Shown here: positions 52,401 to 64,000 of the stretch, one piece after another | Layout of the letters: the number at the start of each line of letters is the position of its first letter | Position numbering within the stretch: position 1 is the stretch's first letter | Program-made: the position numbers and the translations under genes | The notes under the pieces: generated by a model | The model's database searches: none | What the model was told of the DNA's origin: nothing | What the model saw: only the letters and a program-made list of their open reading frames with translations | Assembly (NCBI GenBank): GCA_038087875.1 | Contig: CM075980.1 | Span: 27,714,001-27,778,000, forward strand | Direction: 5' to 3' | From: Malacoraja senta | Taxonomy: Eukaryota | Length of the DNA stretch: 64,000 nt

Positions 52401-53491
52401 GCAAGGATCACCAGTACTTGCATCAGCCTCTCTCTTGCTCGCAATCCTACCAATAAAATCCCATTGTTCTCTATTTCTTAGCTTTCTTTTAAACTGAAAA
52501 CATATTTGATTAAAGAACTTTTCTCAGCTCTTTTGAAATTCCACTAACATTAAACCCCTTAGTTGCCCATGACCTACTGAATATTTCCAGAATGTTATGT
52601 TTTTCTATCAGTATCACCAACTCATTTTATAGCTGTTTGTTGAGAGGGATGTGATCCATGGCAATAGTTGGACTAATTAAGATGGTAACCAGATAAGAAA
52701 TAGCAGGTAGGGCCATGTTGTCCTCCCAGGCATTCAGTAAAATAATGGCTGATCTGATATTAGATACATAGATACATAGAAAATAGGTGCAGGAGTAGGC
52801 CATTCGGCACTTCGAGCCTGCACCGCCATTCAATATGATCATGGCTGATCATCCAACTCAGTATCCCGTACCTGCCTTCTCTCCATACCCCCTGATCCCC
52901 TTAGCCACAAGGGCCACATCTAACTCCCTCTTAAATATAGCCAATGAACTGGCCTCAACTACCCTCTGTGGCAGAGAGTTCCAGAGATTCACCACTCTCT
53001 GTGTGAAAAAGTTTTTCCTCATCTCGGTCTTAAAGGATTTCCCCCTTATCCTTAAGCTGTGACCCCTTGTCCTGGACTTCCCCAACATCCACAATATTGG
53101 CCTCAGCTCCATTCTTCTGCTTGTTTCCTATGATCTTTAAACCAAAAATCTGTCTTTCTTAGCCTTGGATATATTCAACAATTTTCCAACACAGCTCCTG
53201 GGATACTAGCAAATTCCAAACACCGACCACCCTCTGAGAGAAGAAATTCCTCATCTCATCTTAAATCAGCAACTCTTTGTTCTGAATATAGACCCTATAT
53301 GTCTCATGAGTATTAACATCCTCTAAGAATCATCCCTTTCAAATCACCTCAGAATTTTGCTTCAATGACCACCTTTCACTCTTTTAAACTTCAAAGAACC
53401 AAAGAATACTGATTAAATTTGCACAATCTTCCTTCAAATACAACTTCATCACCTAGTGAACCTTCTTTGACCTGCCTTCAATGTGTGGATA

Positions 53492-55078
53492 CAGTGCATC
53501 CAGAAAGTATTCAGACCCCTTCACTTTTTCCACATTTTGTTACGTTACAACCTTATTTTAAAATGGATTAAATTCCTTTTTTTTAATCATCAATCTACAC
53601 ACAATACCCCAGGATGAAGAAGTGAAAACAGATGTTTAGAAATTTTTGCAAAGTAATTCAAAAGAAATAATTGAAATATCACATTTACATAAGTATTCAG
53701 ACCCATTGCTATGACACTCAAAATTGAGCTTAGGTTCATCCTGTTTCCATTGATTATCCTTGAGATGTTTTTACAACTTGGAGTCCACCAGTGGTAAATT
53801 AAATTGATTGGACATGATTTGGAAAGGCACACACCTGTCTATATAAGGCCCCACAGTTGACAGTGCAAGTCAGAGCAAAAACCAAGCCATGAAGAAAGAA
53901 TTGTCCATAGACCTCCGAGACAGGATTGTGTCGAGACACAGATTAGGGGAAGGGTATAAAATAGTTTCTGTAGCATTGCAGGTCCCGAAGGGCACAGTAG
54001 CCTCCGTCATTCTTAAATAGAAGAACTTTGGAACCACCAGGACTCTTCATAGAGCTGGCCGCCTGGCCAAACTGAGCAATCAGGGGAGAAGTGCCTTGGT
54101 CAGGAAGGTGACCAAGAACTCGATGGTCACTCTGTCAGAGCTCCAGAGTTCCTATGTGTAGATGGGAGAACCTTCCAGAAGGACAACTATATCTGCAGCA
54201 CTCCACTAATCAGGCCTTTATGGTAGAGTAGCCAGACGGAAGCTACTCCTCAGTAAAAGGCACATAAGAGCACACTTGGAGTTTGCCAAAAGGCATGAGA
54301 AATAAGATTCTCTTGTCTGATGAAACCAAGATTGAACTCTTTGGCCCGAATGCTAAGTGTCACGTCTGGAGGAAACCAGGTACCGCTCATCACCTGGCTA
54401 ATACCATTCCTGCGGTGAAGTATGGTTGTGGCAGCATCATGCTGTGGGGATATTTTTCAGCGGCAGGAACTGGGACACTAGTCAGGATTGAGAGAAAGCT
54501 GAATGGAGCAAAGTACAGAGAGATCCTCGATGAGTGTTCTGGACCTCAGACTGGGGCGGAGGTTCACCTTCCAACAGGACCAGGACCCTAAGCACACAGC
54601 CAAGACAACGCAGGGGTGGCTTCGTGACAAGTCTGTGAATGTCCTTGAGTGGCCCAGCCAGAGCCTGGACTTGAACCCGATCGAACATCTCTGGGGGGAC
54701 CTGAAAATAGCTGTGCATCGACACTCCCCATCCAACCTGACAGAGCTTGAGAGGATCTGCAGAGAAGAATGGGAGAAATGACCCAAATACAGGTGTGCCA
54801 AGCTTGTAGCGTCATACCCAAGAAGACAAGGCTGTAATCGCTGCCAAAGGTGCCTCAACAAAGTACTGAGAGTAAAGGGTCTGAATACTTATGTAAATGT
54901 GATATTTCAGGTTTTTTTTAAATTACTTTGCAAAAATGTCTAAACACCTGTTTTCGCTTTTTTATTATGAGGTATTGTGCGTAGATTGATGATAAAAAAA
55001 AAAGAATTTAATCCATTTTAGAATAAGGCTGTAATGTAACAAAATGTGAATGGGTCTGAATACTTTCTGAATGCACTG
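53492..55078 (+). mobile_element. Duplicate copy of the Tc1 element
   Basis: Same termini, offset 43770. Confidence 0.95.
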
Positions 55079-55631
55079 TATCTCTTCATGAGAACAGGAC
55101 TATACGCGGTATTCTAGATGCGGTCCCACTAATGCCCTTCAGAGCAGGACTTCCCTATTGTTATAGTCCCTCTCCTTTGCTTTGCCAATTAGCGTCCATT
55201 TGCCACTTTCATTATTTGTTGCACCTGCAGGCAACTTTGCTTTCCAGTAGGTATTCTGGTATTGCATTAAACGATAGATATCAAGTGGTATTTTCGCTTT
55301 GAATATTCATTTTTGGTTACTTAAGTTTGTTTTCAAATAAGGTGCACTTCCTGTTAATAATACATGCAGAAATCATCCAGAACAATGCTATATATCAGTA
55401 TTTTTTTCAAAGTATATTTCAATCACTGGTGGTGCATGTTGATTAACTTGTCTAAATCAATTCCTTATGAGGTATCACAGCAATCATAAAATTGTACATA
55501 GGTCAATACCCCATTTTAATGCACGACTTCCAAAGGCATTTGCCAACATAATGTATGTAAAAAAAATTAAAATTTTCATTCTTGGAATGTGCAGGTGTGT
55601 GTCTGTCTGTGTGTGTGTGTGTCTGTGTCTG

Positions 55632-55677
<46 letters not shown>

Positions 55678-58600
55678 AAGAAAATACTTAGTGCCAGAAT
55701 TTCCCCAAGTAAATATTCTCCATATTTGTATATATCATATATCAAAATCACATTTGCACATCACATATTGATATGGTTACAAATTCGCAGATATAAAAGG
55801 TTGACTTGAATAATCAAGTATTTTTAATTTCTCCTATTTATTTCAAGCCAAAGAACATTTTAAATATTTCATCTCCTTAAATTTAGTAAGGAAGGTTCTG
55901 TCAACTCGGGGGAAATTAATAAATCATTGACAGTTAATCCATCAGCAAAAAGATTTAAATGCACCTCCATCTGTGGCTTTACGATAAAATGCAGTCACGC
56001 AAAGCAAAAAGCAGTTACATTATTCTTGAGCTAAAAAATTCTGACTCTTTCTGCATGCAAAGCACATCCTGCACAACAAAAGCTATTATCAGTGAACTGC
56101 AGCCTTCACTAAGCATTCCCCTGAAGTTCATTATCACAGGGCCTGGGTCTCGGCACAGTAAGATAATAGCTCCCTGGTGACTAGTAGCCAGATTGGCATT
56201 GCTGCTTTCATTCTCAAAGCTCAAGGCTCACCTCCCCCAAAGGCCACTGTTGCAGCCTTATACATGGTATGAAAAAAACATGGAAGTTCAAAACGAGTCA
56301 TGTCCTTGAAGAAGAAAGAAGAGTGCTGGGTTTAGTATTAGCCTGCCAGGAATACAATACAATCATATGTAGGACTTGTGGAGTATGCATGATGTTGTAT
56401 TGGACAACATACACGATTTTCTCCCCCTCATATTCTTTCAGGTGTTTACAAAAGGTATTCTTTTGGATGCTTCTGGGTTTCTTAACAAAGGCAGTGTTTT
56501 CTTAACATCGTACTTATTTTACAAATGCTTTAATATTACATGCTTTCATGAGTGGATGTAGCAGCTGAAATTGAAACACCAGAAAGCTAAAGTAGGATTA
56601 AAAGGAAAAAAGAAAAGGTTAAAAGTTACAGTGGCATATCCTTATGGACTTGGTTATACACATTCCATTACAAATAGTTTTTTTTATTACAAATTCCTCC
56701 AGAAATTGATAAAGAATGTAAAATTTCAATCCAAGAGAAAAACATTCCAGGTGCTGGAAATCTAAAATTAAAATGCAAAAGGCTGGGAATACTCCAGAGA
56801 CCAGGCAGCACCACTGACTCAGTTCCTCTCCCTACAGGTGCATTTGGATTTCATCTCATTTGAACCCTACGAGATGTAAATGCATGTATTTTATCACTAT
56901 ATTTATTTTTGTTTAACTTCTGATTCTATCTGAAAAGAGTAAAATAAATGCAAAAAAGTTATATGCCATAATACCTACTTGGGATGAGATACGAGAATGT
57001 TAAATATAATTGTTTTCCATTGAACAATTCAAAAAGACGAAGGTCCTTTTCGTGGTTAATAGTGCAATTAAAAGCATATTTAACTCAAAATTACATTTGA
57101 TCATGCAAATTATTGTGCTTTTTTTCTTAAAATAACTCATTACTCCAAACATAAAATTTGCCTGGTAGTGAAAAGAAAGTATCTATTTCTTGGCAAATCT
57201 TTCCTAAGGTTTTCTACGTGAGCCAAAATATATCAAAGTATTGGCAAATGCATTTCTTGCAGCTGAACTTATGGTATAGTATGTTTGACTGAATTTCTCA
57301 TTTACTCAATATTAATCAATATAGGCACAATTACAGTGATCTTTTGCTAATTACACCAGATCATGGAAGCACAATTAAAAAATTAAATAATGAGAAGATC
57401 GTTAAAAAAGTGTGCAAAGTATCATCATCAGCAATGGCTGCATTGACTGGGTAATAGAACTCTGAGCAAAACATTAGCTGGATCCAAAACAAATCATTTA
57501 CAAGTGTGTCCTCAATGTTATCCAATTACCATGAACTAAGAAATGATTGGTTTTAAAGGAAGAATGCTAGGTGAACATTAAAATGCAATCTTAACATCGA
57601 ACGTATACAAAAATAAATGCAGAGGTACAAATGTTAGTATGGTTTAAAAACATTTGCTTAATTCCTGTTGCTTTAAAATCAGCTTTTGTACAAGTTTATT
57701 TTACCTGATCATTGTATTAATATAAATTATAGTGAGCATCAGAATGTGACCGATTCTAATTATTCCATTGATGCAGTTGCTTACTACATGTAACTGAATT
57801 ATCATTTTTTAAATGTTTATATATTACAAACTGCTGAAATTGTGGTACTGCAAAATGTCTCAAATTAAAATATTTAAAAAAATGAAAAATCAATCTGTTG
57901 TGATAAACAAAATATACATGGTAAATATGAGATAAAACATTACCTAAATTTATTTTACCAATGAAGCGGGCTGTATAATTAATTACCAAGCCACAAGGAA
58001 GTTCTGTAGCAACTGTTTAGAAATTAATAAAGTTGGACTTCATTGATAGGAACTGTTAAGCAAGTTAATGGGCATATGCCCAAGTACAGTGGGATATCGG
58101 TACAATGAAAATCTTGTTTGTAACTGCATCACTAGGGGCGCTGCATTGATGGCAGCCTCTGCCTACAGTCTGTCAGTTTTTTCAATCTTTTTTTAAATTT
58201 TAGTCTGTCTTAACAGTTTGTTTTGGAGGTTTCTTTCGTTTTTCTATGTGGGGGAGGGTGGTAGGGTAAGGGGGAAACCGTTTCCCAGTCACTTCCTGAC
58301 GAGGATGCGACTATTTCCCTCGCGGCCTACCAAATAGATTAACCATATAACCATTGACGCGGCCTTTCCTGACGGGAACCGGATCAGAGCTTCAGCAGCG
58401 GCGGCACAGCGCTGGATCCATCGCGGAGCGGGCGATGCCTACCTGGATCGCTGTTTGAAGCTCCGGAGTGTTGGGCCTGCTGCTTCAACATCGCGGTGCT
58501 GTGATTCGTGGGGCTTCCTGCACGGGCGGCGCTGACTTCGGTAGGAAGTGGCCGATTCGGAGCTCCAAGCTGCTGAGGTTGTTCTCCCGGTCCGACGTCG

Positions 58601-61600
58601 GAGTTCCATCATCCTGGCAAGCGGGCCTGAACATCGGGCCACCCGTAGCGGAGACTGCGGAGGGCTCGGGAGGCCCCGACCATGGGTAAACATCAAAGAT
58701 CACTGAACTTTTTGTGCCTTCCCTCAGAGTGGGAAACTTGGATTCTGCTGTGTGGGGATGTTTTATGTTGGAGTCTATCATGTGTTGTGTTCTTTTTTTA
58801 TTCCTCTGGCTGTATGGTGACCACACATTACACTGGACCAATTGGTATATGTGACAAATAAATGTATCTTGTATCTTGTATCACAGGCAGACTCAGACAA
58901 TACCCAGATATAAGCTATATAAGACAGTGAGAAGGAAAAAGACTGTAAAAACAAGATTAGTGAAAAGCATAAACTGGATAATACAGCACTTTTTTGCCTA
59001 TCCTTAATCACACTCAAACTGATGAAGCAGCAGTCAACTGCATCTGGAATCACATAAAGGCAAGACCAGGAAAGGACAGGATTCTTTCACTAAAGAACAT
59101 GTGAACAAGATGCGTTTCAATAAGTTTTCAGAAGCTTTGTGCTCATCATTCCTGGCAATAGATTTTTAAAAGAAAATTCCAAATATACTGAAATAATAGA
59201 ATGTAAACTCCACGACAATCTAGCTGATTGTCCATGTTAGCACATTCCATGTTGAGATACTCACAATGTCATCTATACATAACTAAACCTCTGATCTTGT
59301 TATCTTCTGGTTGCGCGATCATTCTAATTGCACAAAAACGTTACCCGATAGCGCTACGATTTTTCGCCAGCTTACTCAGCGTTCTCCTGCGCTGCAATTG
59401 CACCAAGTTTCGTTCCGATCGGTGGTCCAATGTAAGCTTTAGCGAGGTTTAAAAATCGTAAAAAAACGTGCAATCGCAGGTCGATCTCCTCTCCTGCCGT
59501 TCAGCGGCGCGTGGATTGGACTTTTCTCCTGTCACTCCGCGGGACGGTCCACCCCTTCCTGCGCCATCGCATCTGTACTAGAGCGGTGGATGGCCGGCGG
59601 AGATTTCCAACCGGACACAATTTTCGGAGAGACTGTAAACGGCCCGGCCCGGGAAATGTCGGCAAACGGAAAGCAGAGAATCTGATCTCGACGGAGAACG
59701 GCCAGCGACCAGCGGACCAGCGACCGCTGTGAGTCCGCTCCAGCCCCTTTCCCTCTGTGGCGTCACAGCGGGAACCCGGCAGCCGCGCCTGCGCAGTTAG
59801 GGGCTATGGGTGAGAGGTGGAATAATGCATTGAGGGAATGGGTTGCGTTGGGGGAACGGGTGAGTGGTGGAATATTGCTTTGGGGAATGGGTTGCGTTGG
59901 GGGACCAGGCCTCCCGTGTGACTCGGACCCAACAGGTCCCACTTAGTCTAGTATCTTTTTAAAATATATATTTATAAGAACAGCCATATGAGCTCTAAAA
60001 CAAGGACATAAATTCAAAACTCAATCTGTTGGCATCTTTTCAACCTATCAAAACTAAATCTACAAGACTTACTTTAAAGAATATTATTAACACAGCAACT
60101 GTTTTGTTCTACCTCTTGGTCAACTAACAACACTGTCATGTTTTTTTTTTTCTGATAGTACTCCTGTGCAGCACGGTGCAAAATTTTAAGATATAACAAA
60201 TACCACATAAAAGGAAGTTGCTGTTGCAACGATCCAAATAATTTCATAGAAGATTAAATCAGGAGAATAACTGATAGTGACAGAGTCCTAAAAAGAAAAT
60301 ATTATTATGGCAAAGGTGATCATAAACCTACTCAAACCAGAGGGAGAGATTTCAAAGAAGAGGGGTGCCAGGAAGTAATTCCACGCTCCAGAGCCTTGGC
60401 AGATGTGAGCATGGCTGCTAATCATGCAGCAAAGCAAATCAAGATGACCCAAAAGCATAATGTGCAAAACAATATTGTTATTTGCGAGAGGTTAGAGAGC
60501 TCCTTTGAGAAAGATGAAACTGAAATTAATCTAATTCTCCTGGTCCAGGTGAGAAAAGTGTGCATCATGAATAATGCTTTGGTCTGCTATGGACCTGCCC
60601 CTTTCATTCCAATTGTGCAGGTACTGGTGCCAGAATAATTGATGATAATTTGTTTCTATTTTCATTTTGTATTGATAGGCAAATGTTCTGTGGATTAACT
60701 GAAGAGGACTGTATGCCATTGAAAGTTCCAGAGAGTAATGAGAAAGTCATCACAATTATATCTGTGTGCTCACTGATATTGTAGGAATTCGTAGTTTCTA
60801 GATTTCTTTGTAAATTAACAAAATTAAACTTTTAAATTTGACTTAATGAAAGATCTACATCATCTGTGCAAGATAAATTACATACTTTGCATCAACCTTT
60901 TGTACTGTGGGGTGTATACATTGAATAAATATTTCAATTTAAACTTCTAGTCAGCTGCAAATCACTAATGGATTTAATGCACAATTATACAGACAAGCTC
61001 TTATTTCAAAGGGAACCTGGATTATCATCTGTGGACAAAACTCAGAAATTACATTTCAAATGCAAAACATTGTAGTCACCTTGCTTCGTTTTTGAAATTT
61101 TAAAAATTATGGCTATTGGGAACCACCATCAATATTAAACAATTTTCTTTTTGAAACCTAGTTCATTAGGCTTCAAATAACCTTTGAGCTTCAAGTCATT
61201 AACTTTCAAAATAGTAAAATCTGGTCATTTTTGATTTAGCAATATTATTATGTGAAGTGATATGATCTATTCCAAAGTTATGTCAGCAATTATGAAAGCT
61301 TTAAAGCTTGACTCATTTACCTTCTGCACTAAAGTACGATTAAATACAGACATTCAAGTAAATAGATTTGTAACAATTACATAATTTACACTATATTGAA
61401 ACCAGACAATTTGCTTTAAAATAAGTTTACAAAATGTAATGATATATACCCCTATGATTTTTGACACAATTATGCTAATTGTGAACACTGAACTTTCTGC
61501 CCAAACATAAGTAAGAGTTTTCTGTGTGAAAAAATTAATACAAGCATGTATTGACAGAAATCTTGTTTTGAATTAATTATCTTAATACATAGTCCTCCTT

Positions 61601-63351
61601 GGGTTATGGTTGGGTTCCGTTATTGAGAACTATTAGTATCCCAAACAGTTCACGTTAAAAGTGTGGCCAAGAAACGAGTTCACACATGGTAGAAGATGCC
61701 TATAGGAACCAGCAAAATCCATTCCACCTGTCTCCATTCTACCTGTCTCTTGTTCATACGTACAAACTGTGTACTGGAATGGAATGGAATGCTATTTATT
61801 GTCATTCAAACCTAGGTTTGAATGAAATTGCATTTACTACAGTTTTTTACATTACAAAAAACCCAAGACCCACACTTAACACAGTTTACATAAACATCCA
61901 TCACAGTGAGTCTCCAACACCTCCTCACTGTGATTGAAGGCAAAGTCTTTCAGAAATTGGGTAGGACCTGCTTAATGCTGGCAGGATTTTGTTGGTTAAT
62001 GCCAACAAATACAGTTCCAAATGGCAAGTGAAGTGCAAAAATCCTGAACTTTAAAGAGATAATGGGCACGGTGTCAGTCAGGGCACATCACCTGGTGCAG
62101 AGCTCAAATTTGCCAACATCAGGCTGAAGGAAAGTGTTAAAGAAGGAACTGCAGATGCTGGAAAATCGAAGGTACACAAAAATGCTGGAGAAACTCAGCG
62201 GGTGCAGCAGCATCTATGGAGCGAAGGAAACAGGCAACGTTTCGGGCCGAAACCCTTCTTCAGACTGATAGGGGGTGGGGAGAAGAAAGGAAAAAAGGTA
62301 GTGGAAGTGGCTCTCAGAACCTCCAGGTTGTTTAAAGTGTATACTTAATCGTGCTTTGAGTGATTGCAGCTACTTCAATTAATCAACAAATTAAAGTATA
62401 ACACATTTAATCTATTTCAGATATATCTGTGTTAAATATTCCTAAATGTCAGAGACCTTTAAAACCTACTTGCAAAATTATGGCAGATGCCACCATTCAT
62501 AGATTCGTTTGGCAGGCTCTCTCACTACCAACATTCATGCAAAGTTATTTTTAAGTCCAGGATGCTTGTGGGCCAACAAGATACATCCACTGCATCTGCA
62601 CCAGGTAAGTTCAGGTTTGGGACATCTATATAGGCTGTGATTGCAGACAGCGGTTCAAAGCTGCAAAATCTATCACACTAATCTATGTCCAAGAAATTTA
62701 TCCCTGGCAACGTCATTACTGTTCAAACTAGAACCATGCAAAAGTATTTTAGGTGAAAAATGGAAAAGGAGAAGGCAGAGTTTAGACATTCAAAGGGCAG
62801 AGAGACAAGGCAAGGGAAGAACACTGCTTGGAGAATTGTGAGCTGATGGGAAATGACGCAGTTGCAAAACCAATGGAGCCACTGCCCCCTAATATGAAAA
62901 ACTGGGGTACAATCTTGGCCTAGAATGCTGACTCCATTCTGCCTGTAATCACATGGCGTCCTCTGGATACTCTGGTTTTCTCTTGCATGCCAAAGTTGCT
63001 CGGTTTGGTAAATGAATGAGCTACTGTAAATAAGGTAGAATCTGAGGAAAGTTGAAGAGAACGTGGAGAGAATAATGGAATTAATATAAAACCAGAGTAA
63101 AAGGATGGTTGATAGTCGATGCAGACTTTAAAGTTAGAAAAGGTGATTGAGAAAAAGGCAAGAGGGAAAAAATGTGAAAGAGAAAGGCAATAGACTGAAA
63201 AACAGAGAAATGTATGAGAAAAGAGTGAATAAAGTGAAATAAGTGGAAGGATAGAGACCCCATTTCTACCCCCACCTGGACTTTACGAGGTGACTAGTTT
63301 TATAGATATTCACAAGCAACTTGTGAACATCCCATAATTTTTCTTAGCTAC

Positions 63352-63436
63352 CTTTATCACTTTGCTTCTTTTCTGCGACTGGAGTAGAGAACACATCCAT
63401 CGGGGCCCATTCCAGATAAAGAGGAACATGCTGGAA
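63352..63436 (-). CDS. RBM19: Second copy of the RBM19 exon FQHVPLYLEWAP...
   Basis: Same sequence as 19586-19670, offset 43766. Confidence 0.88.
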
Positions 63437-64000
63437 CTAAGTATAAAAAACAAATATTTTTGAGAGGCATTTTACATGAGCAGCGTTAAATAAACCAAAC
63501 TTTAATGACAAGGTGAACCCTTTGCTGTGGTAGTATTTTCGGAAAAAAATTAAAAATGTTTCCTTAGTAAGCAAAATACAAAATATTTTAAGGCTTACAT
63601 GCCAAGGTAGCAAATACCATAATAACAAAATTATAAATGGTGCATGGGAACTTATCATTTTGCTATTAGCAAGAACAGCTGAATATATGAATGCTCTCGT
63701 ATCTAGTCACCTGTCTGGAAATAAAGATTTTGATGATAATCAACAACTTTTAAAATATTGTATGCACCAGTAAAATATTCTGGAGTGATGAAATGACAAA
63801 TGTGAATTTAAATAATGCAGCACATGCAAGTGAAATCAATGCCTGGCTCAACTAGTTGTTGCTGCCGTTTATTTGCCTCACAGCTCGTCCCATTTTAGTA
63901 GCTCTACCACAGCCTTGAGTATCTTTCAATTTCCTTCTCTCTCATATATTTCTTCTTGAAAGTATTCAAAGCCATTTGCTTCAAACAGTCCCCGTGGTAA

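Larger units (their letters stand above)
43781..64000 (+). repeat. Copy 2 of the duplication (runs to the window end)
   Basis: About 10 substitutions and 2 indels relative to 1-20234, counted by eye. Confidence 0.99.

Overview
Repeat-rich, AT-rich vertebrate genomic DNA. The repeat families (V-SINE/HE1-like, CR1, L2, Rex1/Babar, Penelope-like) point to a cartilaginous fish, probably a skate or ray (inference). The only host gene I can support is an internal part of RBM19 on the minus strand: seven GT-AG exons between 33216 and 5517 that splice in frame and encode RRM3, the linker, RRM4 and the start of RRM5. A 200-N gap lies at 33754-33953. Positions 43781-64000 repeat positions 1-20234 at about 99.9% identity, including two RBM19 exons; this is most likely an uncollapsed haplotype, and less likely a very recent intragenic tandem duplication. 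Mobile elements include a full-length decayed DD34E Tc1 with IR/DR ends, a decayed CsRn1-type Gypsy element (tRNA-Trp PBS, CHCC gag, G-GGA-AAC -1 frameshift site), a non-autonomous Helitron, a Harbinger MITE and a Penelope-like element with inversions. Many short Penelope-end inserts carry minimal hammerhead-ribozyme cores; one is a 151-bp TSD-flanked unit with two tandem cores. There is also a near-perfect 220-bp intronic palindrome. Most ORFs in the supplied track are noise or transposon fragments.
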